From: Vitrella brassicaformis CCMP3155
Lineage: Eukaryota > Protista > Chromerida
Direction of reading: 5' to 3'
Length of the DNA: 64,000 bases
Assembly: GCA_001179505.1 (NCBI GenBank)
Contig: CDMY01000336.1
Coordinates: forward strand, 417,636-481,635
Shown: positions 24,841 through 37,156 of the stretch, in pieces
Layout of the letters: the number at the start of each line of letters is the position of its first letter
Numbering within the stretch: position 1 is the first letter of the stretch
The notes under the pieces: model-generated
The model's input: only the letters and a program-made list of their open reading frames with translations
Told to the model about the DNA's origin: nothing
Databases searched by the model: none
Program-made: the position numbers and the translations under genes

Positions 24841-25364
24841 ATGCCCATCAAGCTGTGTGCTGGGCTGCATGCCACCGACCTGAAGCTGCACTCATGCACC
24901 GTCGAACACGCGGTAAGCAGAAGGGAGGGCAGCCACATAGACAGACAGACGGACGACAGACAGCAAAGAAGTCATCAAAAACGGCACGCTTACGCATTGA
25001 GTTCAGGCCGAGTACTTCACCGGGTACTTCAGGGAGGCCATTGGCGCGGGCAACCTGGGCATCCCCATATCCGCCGACCAAATCGCTCTTTATCGCTGCA
25101 CTGAGGTGCACCCCAAGGCCCACGGGCAGGACCACACTGCCCCGTCGAGTGCATCCACTGACCGCATCGAGGAGGGGGAGGTCATCATGGCGACCCTTCC
25201 CAACAATAGCGGTAAGCGCACCACGCAGGCAGCCCGACGAGAGAGAGAGGGAATGAGGGAATGAGTGAGTGCTCTGTCTGTATGCTATGCTTCCTTCGCT
25301 GGCTGTCTGGCTGCAGTGTTTGGTTCTCAGCATGCGGATGACATGTTGGCCAAGGCCCGGCACT
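24841..25364 (+). CDS. Second copy (5' part) of the 15143-17176 gene, cut by gap
   Basis: 24740-25364 is nearly identical to 15050-15665, and the upstream region (aaaaaaag..gaatctg..cagccatcagcttcag) is also homologous. Confidence 0.6.
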
Positions 25365-25664
25365 NNNNNNNNNNNNNNNNNNNNNNNNNNNNNNNNNNNN
25401 NNNNNNNNNNNNNNNNNNNNNNNNNNNNNNNNNNNNNNNNNNNNNNNNNNNNNNNNNNNNNNNNNNNNNNNNNNNNNNNNNNNNNNNNNNNNNNNNNNNN
25501 NNNNNNNNNNNNNNNNNNNNNNNNNNNNNNNNNNNNNNNNNNNNNNNNNNNNNNNNNNNNNNNNNNNNNNNNNNNNNNNNNNNNNNNNNNNNNNNNNNNN
25601 NNNNNNNNNNNNNNNNNNNNNNNNNNNNNNNNNNNNNNNNNNNNNNNNNNNNNNNNNNNNNNNN

Positions 25665-27050
25665 GCCTTCCATCCTTTGGTTGAACTCCCGCGCCTTGTT
25701 GAGCAGCCGCCTCTCAGACGCAGTCCACGCAAACACGGGCGCGGTCGGCACTGTGACGTTAGTAGAGGCCAGGGATTGCACCTTCTCCAGGTCCGCCCGG
25801 CTGTCCTGCGGGCTGGGCCCCGTCAACAGCACCTGCGCCCCAGCGTGTGAGCTGAGCCGATCATGCAGCAGCCGCAGGCGGATCTCCATGTCACTGCAGT
25901 AGCAAGCCAAAGGACACAGGACAGGCACAGCTGCTGGATCTGGCGGCGATCGGTTAGGTTAGATCGTTTGGTTGCGTACACACCGATGGAGGATCCGCGC
26001 CTGCACGAAGTTGTTTTGCCGTTCTGCTTCGTATTTTCTCCTCTGCAGGTGGTCAACCTCCCTGAGCGCCTCCAGACACCCCCTGAAGTATGCCTCGTGG
26101 GCCGCAAGCCGCCGCCTGGCGCTGTAGAGCTCCTTCTGGATCTGCTCTGTGGACGCCTCGTCACCTGAGCAGTGGTGGCAGGCAGGCAGGCAGACAACAA
26201 ACAAGCGGTGGCTGGTTCTGCCTGCGGTCGATGTGCTGTGTGGCGCTGACTGACCCCATTCCATAGCAGCTCTGAAGGACTCCTCAAGTTTGGTGACTTG
26301 TCTGTGGTAGTGGGTGCCCTGCAGCTGGGCCAGGGCGGCGCGGAGGATGGAGCTGCGCTTCGCCTCCTGCACACGTGATCCATCCATCCATCCATCAGAT
26401 CTGCTGACTGCCACCTCCTTCCCTTCTCACTTACCATGAGTATCTCTTGCATGACGATGAGCTTGTAGTAACCTGCACACCTCACACACCACACCACACC
26501 ACACCGGCACACAAACGTCCGGCCATGGCCATGGCCATGCACCGCTGCTCCTCTCTCCCTCTAATCGGCTTGTCCTGTCCCTCCATTGTGTGCCTCTTTT
26601 GGCTGGCTGACTGACCCACCTTTGACACTCTTGAGGTTGTATCTCCTCTTGAGCCACCTGGGCCGCTTCAGCAGGCTTTGCTCAAGCGAAACATCTCCCC
26701 TGATCTGCACCCTCTCCGTCTCCCTGCCGTCAGCCGTGGCCGCACCGCCTTCGGCTGATGCCGCCACTCGGACGCCCGGGCCAGCCGCTGGCTGCCTTGG
26801 TGGTGGTTTGCGCTGCTGGACAGGCACATGGATGAACGAGACGGGAAGCGCCAATGCTTCTCGAAGGGTCTGAATGAATATGCACCCACCCACCCACCCA
26901 CACACACACACACACACACAGAAAGTGCAAAGGTGGCAGATGCGCGGAGTGCATGACAATGATGCTGTTGCCTTGGCTCTTTCGTCTGCTTCTTACCGCC
27001 CATAAGATCCAGAGGAAGTGGCAGATGATGTTTGTTCGCCTTGATCTCAT
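25665..27050 (-). CDS. Copy C (5' part) of the coiled-coil/AhpC-like gene with a signal peptide plus transit-like leader
   Basis: Phase-consistent chain: MRSRRTNIICHFLWILWA | TLREALALPVSF..NLKSVK | (E)GERSS | GYYKLIVMQEILM | EAKRSSILRAAL.. (phases 0,1,1,0). 3' end lost in gap. Confidence 0.65.
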
Positions 27051-27200
27051 CGCAGGGCGACCAGGCGGCGTAGATCAATGTCCAAAAGACAGAAGCCGCC
27101 TCCCGCAACTGCGAGCTGCATCTGCAATCTTAGCTCGCTATCCTGGAGAGAAGCGGCGACGGAATCCGGCGACGGAATCCCCCGTGGCGCACGAGCCGAA

Positions 27201-28354
27201 ATGAAGGGTCCCGGCGGTAAAGAACAAAGTGACGCGTACTTGCTCTGATCATCCACTTCTTGTGTGTGTGGTTGTGTGTCATCTATCTGCAGCGGTGTTC
27301 GCACAGACGCGGTTCCCCCTCAACAAGGCCGTGGCGGCGCAGCCGACCAAGACCAAGCAAGGCAGCTCTCCCTGGGTCACACTGCGGGTGCGGTCGGCCA
27401 CACACCACCACAGCAGACCTGTGCATCGCGGTGCACGTGTGCTGCCTATCCTATGTGTGTGTGATGGTGTGTATGGTTCAGAAGAAGGGCGAGAAGCAGA
27501 AGGGCGACGAGGGCGAGAAGAAGCGGCCTCTCACAGAGGCCGCCCCTCCCGGCCATGCGGACAAGAAGGCCCAGGTGGTGATGGACAGTCAAGGCCAGGA
27601 GGTGCGGTCGGAGGTCTTCCACAGTGCCATGGAGTTCCCACCCCCGCCCACCACCGACACCGACACACCCCGCGAGCCAGAGAAGCCACCCAACAAGAAG
27701 CGCGACCGCCCTCCACTGGTCAGCCAGACACACCGACACACTGGGACAGCCACAACACACTCATCTCGTCTGGAGTTCGTCTGTTTGTGTCTTCAGGCAA
27801 AGACCGTCGAAAGGAGTCCCCCCGAGACGTCGGTGCCGCAGACGAGCAGCGTCACGTCGGCCATCTCCCAGGCCGACCAGCCCGAGCAGACGGTCAGCAC
27901 CGGCAGCGACTACAAGCCTCCCGCGATCAGCATCCACACTCCGTCCGGCAACACCATCCCCTTCGTCCACAGAAGCGTCACGGCACTCGCTGACACACTC
28001 CTGCCCGCCACCCTGCAGGCGGCCGCACTGCAGGCCCAGGCATTTGCAGGAGAGGCAGAGGGAGGGGGAGGGGAGGGGCAACAGCTGCAGCAGGACAAAC
28101 AGCCTGCAACGGAGAGAGAGGGGGTGGTGGGGGTGGGTGTGGGTGACCAGCTGAGTCAGCTGCTGACGGGGGTGCCGAGTGCTGGCGGCGGTGGTGGGCT
28201 GTGGATTGAGGGCGGGAATGGCGAGGAGGCCGTTTATGTCGACACCATGATGCGTGAGCCGATGAGCAGCCCCTATGTGGGGGCCGTGGCTGAGCCCTTC
28301 AGACGCGGAGCCATACCGTGCTGCGATTTGGTCATGTGGATGTGGCCCATGTGA
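27201..28354 (+). CDS. Hypothetical, largely disordered protein
   Basis: Exons MKGPGGKEQ / AVFAQTRFPLNKAVAAQP / KKGEKQKGDEGEKKRP / AKTVERSPPETS..CCDLVMWMWPM* with GT-AG boundaries. Confidence 0.55.
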
Positions 28355-29257
28355 CCTACTTGCAGACAGACAGACAGCTCGACAGACCGACACACACTCG
28401 AGATCAGATTTTGGTCGGTGCTGCTGGAAGGGGTGTTTGATCGTACTTTTATCGGTGTGTGATGTGATGCATACGTAGTGTTATCTAGATAGAGGTTGTA
28501 TTGGTTGCGTCGGTGGCGTGTTGGAGGGAGCGCTTACTGCGTTTGTTTGTTGTAGGGTAGGAGTGGGGCGGGGCGCCTGGTAGCTATGTTGCCATCCATG
28601 CATCCATCCATCCATCCACACATTGACACGTTTGTGTATGTTTCTTACTCTCTGCCACTTATCCATCCATTCCATTCCATTCCGCCACACCCTCCCTCCC
28701 CCCTCGCCTCTTCTCCCCCATCCATCCATCCATCCACTCATCCACTCACTCGATCCTTTTTGTGATTGATTTCACTTTTTGCAGTTAGTTGATTTATCCG
28801 CAGTTGGCTTGGCTTGGCTTGGGGGGTCTCACTCCACTCCCCGTGTGTTTCTTTCTCGATGGACGCTTGATGGCATGGCATCGGTGGGTGGACAGCGGGC
28901 ACAAAGATGCTGTGTTGTGTGTGGTCGGTTCGTTTCTTATAGACAGACAGACAGACAGACTTGGTGAGTATGGATGGGATGGGATGCTTTGTGTTGTGTG
29001 TATGTCTGCGGCGTGTGTGTCTGTGTGAGTGTCTGTGCCGAGCGAGTGTGCTGCGTGGCGTGGTTGCTTTCACACTCACACAGACGGATACACTCACTGG
29101 CTGCACTACCTACCGCGTCAGCTGCTGTCGTCCTTTATGGTCAAGGCACGTCAACGAATTACAGTAACCAACTCACTCACTCATCCAAATCAGTCGTGTG
29201 TCAAGTCACGTTAGCTGCACACCCACAACACAGCCCAGCCACCACATCCCTCACACG

Positions 29258-31241
29258 TCAGTCGCGACCCACAGCCACCCACTCGGCATCGTCAGGGATC
29301 ATGTTGTCCCCTGGCGGCTCACGAGACGCGTCAACCTGCCGATCGAAGGCCGCCAGACTCACCACCGCATCGGTGCCTGGACTCATCAAGTGCAGCTCGC
29401 CATGCACCATACGCCACACACCCCTCTCGACCAGCTGAAATGAAAGACAGGGAAAGGCCCACAGGGCAGGCAGACACACATGGTATGGTCTCTTCCCCTC
29501 TCTCGGTCCTGCCTACCTTGTTGGCTGCAGTCTGGAAGGCAGGCTGGTGTGGCGCCAGGAGGATGACCCGTCGTGTGTCGGCAAGCACCCACGAGCTCTC
29601 CCCCTCATTGTTCAGGTCGCTCAGCAGGTCAGGATCCACCCCAGACCGTGGCGCGTTGATGATAAGCGTGTCTGCCCCTTCCGCCAGCGCCAGCGCCCCC
29701 TCGTGTGGGCGCATTGTCTCAAAAGCAAAGGGCCGCGACGAGATGGCATCAGGGGCCTCATCGAGCGTCCTGCCACACACACAGACGGACAAAGGATGCA
29801 AAGGCGGATGGATGGATGGATGGACGTGTCATCAGTCGCTTACCGTGAGAGGGCATCGATGATGAATTCGTTGCCGTCACAGCAGGACACGGCCCTCACG
29901 TGTGGCAGCAGGCTGAGGCCTAGGTAGCCCATTCCAGCGTCCAGCTCACACACGATGCTGTCCTTCGGCGGCAGCAGCCGCCTGACTTGTTGGAGGAGGA
30001 AGGCGAAGTGCTGGGGGTTGTGTGGGCGGGGGATTGGGGGCGTGGTGAGGAGCTGGAGCGAGGATTTGGCGTCGACGCTGTCTCGCAGGTAGCCGTCTCC
30101 TTTCCCCCAGATCTTCCGCCACTTGGCTCGCTGCAAAGTTGCCATCTGAGATGGGTCATCCTGCACACATACACACAACACACAAATTGCATAAACCGTC
30201 ACTCATTCATTGTGGGCGTTGAATGCATTGCTGGCTGACGTTGAAATGCGCCCAGATAGAGTGGAAGACGTCTGTGCGGCTTCTCAGGTTTTTGTTCAGC
30301 ACGTCGATGGCCGGCCGACACCCGGCCACGTTCGCCGCATTCCAGTACTCTGTCAGCTGCACCAACCCGCTGGGCCGCTCGACAATGAACCCAAATGCCC
30401 TCAGATCCCCCGTCCGCATCTCCGCATCATAGATGCTGATCTTCATCCGGTTCAGCGCACCCTCAACCGCACTTGCCGCATCCGCAATCCTAGGGTGATG
30501 CGCCCCGCACTCAGACGCAGGAACGAACCTGCTGCCGTCGGCCCCCTTCTCCCTCAGCCCCAGCTGAATCGGAGAGGCAGCGTCGCGCCGAAAGGGGAAC
30601 AGACGAGCGCTGATTCGATAGCCGGTAGTGGGGCCGATGAAGACGTCCACACGGCCGCTGCCGCCCAGTCTGCTGGCGAGAAACTCTCTGGCCGCCTGTG
30701 CGGGGGATGACAGGGCCGATGTGTCGATCACCAGACGAACCGATTCGGTGTTGTCAGAGGTGAAGGGTGACGGGGTTCGATCACGAGAGCCGCTCGATTC
30801 CTGCACACGTGCTGCGGGGAAGTACTGATCGACGGATGTATGCCTCGTCCGCCGCCTGCGGGTCCCCTCATCGCCTTGCCGCCTCGCCAAGCCATGAGAG
30901 TCCCGCTGCTGACTGCCACCTCTCTGATCGCCTTCTTCTCGTTTAACCCTCGCCCGTGGTCTCCTCTTCTTTATGACTCCTCTCCACTGAGGCTGCGACT
31001 CCCAATTGTTGCCGAACCGAGGCTCTCCAGATCCCCGAACGGGTAGCGCATCTGTGGAGTCTTCGGCGGTTGGTGCGGGTGGCTCTTTTGCAATCGGTTT
31101 CCGTCGTGCTCGCAGTGGCCGATAACATCTCGGTTCTATACTCCTGGCCAGTGGAAGCAGCGTGACGAATGCGGCACGGGCACCACCAGAGGGGATGAGA
31201 ACGCACATCGCGACGGCAGCAGCGACCAACAGCATGATCAT
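29258..31241 (-). CDS. RlmD/TrmA-family (RNA m5U methyltransferase)-like protein, plastid-type leader, catalytic motifs degenerate
   Basis: MIMLLVAAAVAMCVLIPSGGARAAFV leader; GYRISARL, ECGAHHPRI, YDAEMRTGDLR, FHSIWAHFN, VCELDAGMGYLGLSL (motif I), IINAPRSGVD (DPPR-like), HLMSPGTDAVVSLAAF (DMFPxTxHxE-like). Confidence 0.7.
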
Positions 31242-31596
31242 ACTCGACGTCCGGGGAGTCAGTTGAGAGGTTGCACCTGTGCTGACGAGCGGCGACGAGC
31301 TGCATGCATGCCATGTAGCACACACACCACAGCCACATGTCGACAGTGAGTGATGAGTGCTCATCCATCCATCCTCCCATCCTCCCTCCTTACTTGACCA
31401 GATGTGGATGCACTGTGAGATGATCTCACAGAGGAGGGCTGCCAGAGCAGGCAGGAGATAGATCAGCACCTCCACAGTCTTCCACAGCAGCTCACGAGGC
31501 TGGATCTCCTCCATTTCTCGTCTCCCTTCCTCAGCAAGCTGAGCGCGCAGACGTTTGCAAGCTGTGCGCAAGCGGCTTCATCCCTTCGGCCGCCGT

Positions 31597-33597
31597 ATGA
31601 TGATGCGTCGGCCCATCCGTGCGCTGGCGGCCCTGTTCGCGTCGTCCCTGGTGCAGCAGGGATGCGTGAGATTTGTCCATGCATCAGCAGCAGCGCAGCC
31701 CTCGCTGGCCTCACGCATCCGGGGAGCCTTCATGGGCGCCGTGGTGGGAGATGCGCTGTGCCTCGGCAGCCACTATGAGTGAGTCAGTGAGTGAGAGCCA
31801 GCCGACACGCACAGACACACAGACAGACACTGTCAGACGAATCATGCATCTGTCTGTCTGTCTGTCTTTCTGTTCTTCCCTGTCTATCTACCAGGTATGA
31901 TGCCAACAAGATCTTGGCGGCGTACGGCGGGAAGCCCATCGAGAAATACATGGCGCCGGGCGAACACATGGGCGGGATGACGCACGGGTCGGTCGGTGAC
32001 GCCATCAGGGACAGAGGATTCCCTGAGGCCATACATGTCCTGTGTGGGTTGTGTGCTCAGGGTGGGATGGGGACAGCGCAACTACCATCCGTAGGCGCCG
32101 CGCCGACACACACACACGGGCAGACACGGGCAGAGAATGAGCCGTCCTGTCTGTTCTGTGGTTGTGTGTTGATGAATGCAGGGGCAAGACGGCCGGCGAG
32201 CAGACAGACTACGGCGACTACAATGCCCTCGTCCTCGAGTACTTCGCCACGCGCAAATACAAAGACAATGGTCAGTCGGTGGACTGCGCTGGATGGATAG
32301 ATGGCCACATTTACTCACAAACATTGCAGCAACTTAACTTGCGCCTGTGTGTGCAGATCCCCCTCTGCCGATCAACAAGAGCGAGCTCATCTCATTCTGG
32401 CAGGTGCGGTGGGGTGCGGGCTGCTTCTGGATGGGCGGACAGGCGGACAGAGGGAGGGACTCATTGTGTGTGTCTTGTTGGTTGCTTTGTGTTGTGTGTT
32501 GTGTGTTTGTCAGCGGAAGATGGAGACCTGGGTGGGCTGGAAGTGCACCCAGACCCGCCAGACGCTGCAGCAGATACAGCAGGGCGTGCCGCAAGACCAG
32601 CTCGGCGGCATGTCTAACGCCATGGCCATCCGCCACGCCGCCGCATTCGCCGTCTACTCTGACGAGAAGGCTCTCATCGACGCATCCACCACTGTCATGT
32701 TCACCCATCGGTGAGAGGGTGTGGACCACAGAGAAAGGCACATACAGACATAGATGAGTCTTCCTTTCTGTTCGTTCAGGAATTCCCATGCGTTCCTGGC
32801 CGGCCCGTACCTGAGTCGTGTTGTGCATCGCCTCCTTTACAAGAACATGGGGCTGCGGGAGGCCATCGAAAGCGCCATGAACGACCAGGTGCGGACCGGA
32901 ACAGCAGAGACCTCTCTGCCTCCCTGCGTGTGCTCATATGCTCCACTTCGGTGTGTGTGCGCGTCAGGGCACTGACGAGTTCATCCGTAGCAAAGTCAAG
33001 ATGGCGCTGTCCAAAGTGAGTGGGAGAGTGAGGACCCCACACACGCATATGATCCTTTGCGCACATTGGCAGGTTGACGAGGCGGCGGACCCGAGCAAGC
33101 CGCTGTCTCAGGAGAAGATGGTGGACGATTTGGCCCTGACGTCGATGGCTCGGCTGTGGGATGTGGGCAAGAGCGAGCCGATAAAGGTCGGCAAGGCTAG
33201 CCCCACCGAAGGCACTCTGCCGGGAGCCATCTACTTCATTCTCAAGTCAGTCAGTCAGCCATCCGGCCAGCCAGCCAACGATCTGTGCACGTGTGTACCG
33301 ATGGATGCTGTGTAGGTACCAGCAGCTGCTGCCCGCCCTCCAGGCCAACGCCATGGTGGGCGGCGATAACGCATCAAGATCCATCGCCGTCGGAATGGTG
33401 AACACATGCACAGAAAGCTGTGCCACACATGGATCCGCACACGGCATGTGTGTGTGTTTCAGGTGTTGGGTGCGTATGAGGGCGTGGAGGCCATCCCCGA
33501 GAGCTATCGGACATCGCTCAAGCACTGGCAGCGATACAGCGACTGGCTGGACCAGATGCCGCTGCTCAAGAAGGGCAGTGGGAAAGACGAGCTGTGA
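31597..33597 (+). CDS. ADP-ribosylglycohydrolase family (DraG/ARH, crystallin-J1/SelJ-like) protein with signal-like leader and C-terminal KDEL; about 12 exons
   Basis: SRIRGAFMGAVVGDALCLGSHYEYD, AGEQTDYGDYN, MFTHR, ALQANAMVGGDNASRSIAVGMVLGAYEGVEAIP, ending LLKKGSGKDEL* at 33597. Confidence 0.88.
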
Positions 33598-34589
33598 GTA
33601 GGGTAGAATGGTTGTGGTGGGGGTGTGCACTTGATACGTATACTTATGTGTGTACAGGCAGGCGGCTGTGTTGTGTGTTCGTGCTGGTTGTTGTGTGTTG
33701 GATGGGCTGCATTGCATCCGCGGCGGCTGTATGTATTGTGTGTCGATATATAGCTGGCAGGTGGTCGCCATCGCGAAGCGAGCCCATCCACCCAACCAGG
33801 CAGTGTGCTGGTGTGTTCACATCTGCATGGACTCGTGGCTGACTCCGGGCAATTAATCGATGCCAACCCCGTGTGTTGAGGAAGCTCCTTGATCACACAT
33901 ACTCGTTCCAGGTGTCTTTCATGCACACACACATCATCCATCCATCCATCCATCGGTGCCTCGAGCAGACGGACACGCCCACCCGTAGACAGTCTACACA
34001 CGCCATCATACAGACAGACCCACGTGGGAAAAGTAAGAAGGGCAAGCTCATCTGTGTCCATCCATCCACTTGTCTGCCAGACACGTAGGCAGGGAGTGAG
34101 TCAGACGGGACAAACCCTCTTCCCACAACCATTAATGTCGATAAATGCTATCCACAGGCGGGAAAGAATGAGCAACTGAGAATCCAAGGCCCGGCGAAAC
34201 GAAACAAGGGCGGGCGTGTGTTTCCGATTCTCTCTCGGATGTGTGTGTAGATGCACGCATGCATCATCCATGGGCCGCTAGCTATCCATATCCCTCTTTC
34301 TACGTCCGCGCGTGCATGTTTATCTTCGTCGGCTGGTGTGATCTACATCTTGAGGCGCTTCGTCAACTCCTGACACACACAGACACACAGAGGGAGAGGG
34401 AGGTGTGCATCGATAGCCTCGAGACGTCCATCTCTTTCGCGTATTTACCACTATGTCCTCGCCCGACGTCGGTGTCTGGTCGGCCGTCTGCTCCAAAGAG
34501 ATGGCAGAACACAGACACACAGACACACAGACACACAGAGAGAGGGAGAGAGGGAGAGATGCTTCTGTAGGGTGTTGGCCGTCTGTGTG

Positions 34590-35440
34590 TGCGGCTTACC
34601 CCCTTGTGGGGCTCGGCCATGTCCGTGGCCTCGGGCGTCGCCTCCTCAGCCTCATCCGCCACCCCATCCAACTTGTGCTTCAACCTATGCGGCCACAGAC
34701 ACACACATGTGTGTATGTGTATGAGTGATTTCTCTTGGCCCTTGGCCAGCTGCTCACTCAGGCACATCCTTGGTAGCATCCTCCTGTGTGCGCTTGTCGT
34801 GCGACTCCGGACGAACGGCCTCGAGCTTCCTCTGCAGCGCCTCGTTGGCCTGACACACACACACACACACAAAGGGTGACACCACGGCAGAATGCGCCTC
34901 GGCACACGAATACATGAACACATACCTGTTCGGCGTCGTGGCATTGCTGCTTCTCGTCGGCAACCTTGCAGACAGACAGACAGACAGACAGACAGCAACG
35001 TGTGTGTGGTTGCATGTGCGGTAGTAAGTAGATGAAGCTACCTGCTGCTGCAGCTCAGCTATTTTGGCCTCCAGGCCGTCTATCTCACCGAGGAGCTTCT
35101 CCTGCAGTCAGGACACCATACAAACGCACCCAGACAGACAGATGACAAGGTGTGCCGCATAGGAGTCCGCCGACGTGTGTGCTCCCACCTGGTTTGACTC
35201 GGCCGTCTCCAGCAGCCCCTGCCTGCTCTTGAGCAGCTTGCAGACCCCCTCCACCGCCCCGTTGTGCAGGGCGTGCAGCTCATTGCAGCGGCCTGCACGC
35301 CACACAGACAGCACACAGCTTGCTCGCAATATGGCAGGCAGTCGTAGGGAATAGACTAGTCCTCACGCTCAAGGAATTTCCTCTCCTCGTAGAGGCTGAG
35401 GAGCTTCTCGTCATCGTACTGCCTCAGCTCTGCGACATGC
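34590..35440 (-). CDS. Coiled-coil cassette gene, unit U1 of the repeated family
   Basis: Exons AELRQYDDEKLLSLYEERKFLE / RCNELHALHNGAVEGVCKLLKSRQGLLETAESNQ / EKLLGEIDGLEAKIAELQQQ / VADEKQQCHDAEQ / ANEALQRKLEAV.. ; homologous to units at 43.6-60.7 kb. Confidence 0.55.
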
Positions 35441-35783
35441 ACACACACGGCGCATACCATCATGGCCACGTTCGGTTCCACACAAAACGCTCCCATATTT
35501 CTTCGCTCGAGGCCTCTCTCAAGCCTCTCTTGCAACAAGTGCGCAACGTCAGTGACTTCCACACACAGCCTCACCCTTCAGCAGCTGGCGTCTTTCCACG
35601 AACTGTTGGGCAAAGGCCCTCTCGAGGCTGGCCGCATCGAACGACATCGGTCGGTCGGTTAAGGGTGTGACACCTGTCCCTAAGCCCGGCGTCCTTCCCT
35701 TGCGATCTCAAAACGCGATCAGAGGAGCAGGCGTCGGCGCGGAGCAAGGGGCTGGTGCTGCCTTCTTGATCTTCGCAACGGTG

Positions 35784-37156
35784 ATGGTCCAGATCTTCTC
35801 CTCGTGCTACAGTGGGAATTCTTCTCCGCCTTCCGGAGACTCCCGGCCACCAACGGGTGTGGATCTTCTCCCGCATGTCCTTCACGAAGCCATGTGCGAG
35901 ATGCTGTCGGCCTCAGACTGCCTCTCCTACCGCTCGTCGTGTCGAATCTGCAGATCTGTCGTCGGACCGGCCTTCGTCACGCGGCGCATTCATCGGTGGC
36001 TCGAAAGCAACCGCCTCACAGACATCTTCGCCATCGAGCCCTCACCATCTGGAGCAGTATCGTCGCTGTATGACCTCTTGGCGATGGTTGGTCTGACGGC
36101 GTCTGGCGAGGTGCGGTACTTGCGCTATCTGCTGGGGCTTCTAACCGCACTCGAGTGCAGCGGAGACTGGGACGGTTGGGTCTGGCGGCTCCATGTAATG
36201 AAGCACTTCGGCACTCTCTACCCCATCCCGCATCCAAACCGCCCCATTGTGCTGAAGCCAGCCCACGTTCGACAGGCGTTCTGCATATCGCGTCGCTACT
36301 CGCTGCCGGACAGCGTGCGGCAGTACCTGCTGTTTGGGCAGTTCCTGATGGACGCATCAGGTATCGACTTGTCTGTCGAGCCGGACCACAACGGGAGTGG
36401 CTGGCTTGGGGCTAGATGGGCGCCGCTTCAGTGGTACATGCTTAGGTGGTCGTGCGAAAGCGTCTGTCTGGCCGGTGGTCCCTTCGGCTGCACCTACGAT
36501 GAGAACGACCCTGTGTGCACTGGTATGTCGAAAGGGGGGAGGGGATAAGGAGCAAGAGTCCACTCCGCCCTCTGTCTCCATGCCGCATGCAGTGTACGAT
36601 CGGACGGGTGATTATCCATCGTGGAGTGACTGTTCCTGTTCCTCCTTCAGAGATGCTGTCTGCTCCCGGTCAGGGCGTCTGAACTGCCATGCCAGTCCAG
36701 CCAGACAGATCTCGTTCTCTCTCTCTCTGTCTGTCTGTCTGTCTGTCTGCCTGCAGGATTGGTAATTTGGTCACCATCCTCGTTCGTAACGTGGCCGTCA
36801 CACGGGCCTCTGCGGCAGGTCATCCCCACGTGCGCGACCGAATCCACCACTTGACCGCCCAATCGCCGCCGGTATTTGGTCGACACACAGTGACCACAGT
36901 CGCCGAGGGAGTCCCCGACACACACAATCTCGAGCGCACCGTCTACCTCTGCGGCGACGAGCCACACGACACATTCGTGGCTTACGTGACCTTTCATGTC
37001 TATGGCGGGGCCTCGACGGCAAGCGTCCTCCTGCACACCACCGAGCGTCCAGCTGCGAAGGCGGGTGGCGTTGTGGAGCGGTTCCCCAAGACAGTTGCTT
37101 TGGCGTATCGTGTCATGGGCAGGGCTGATGTGGAGATACTCCTCGGCTGCCTGTGA
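35784..37156 (+). CDS. Vitrella-type hypothetical family protein (F-box-like N-terminus; C-terminal LHTTE..RFPxT motif); 3 exons
   Basis: LLPHVLHEAMCEMLSASDCLSYRSSCRICR, LLTALECSGDWDGW, LPDSVRQYLLFG; introns about 36524-36591 and 36668-36756; last exon TVYLCGDEPHDTFVAY..VLLHTTERPAAKAGGVVERFPKTVALAYRVMG. Family assignment is from recall. Start codon uncertain. Confidence 0.7.

Noticed and set aside
31242-31571. Upstream extension of the 454-aa minus-strand ORF 30207..31571
   Set aside because: It contains intergenic (gatg)n sequence and would nearly abut the ARH start. The ATG at 31241 begins a clean signal peptide.
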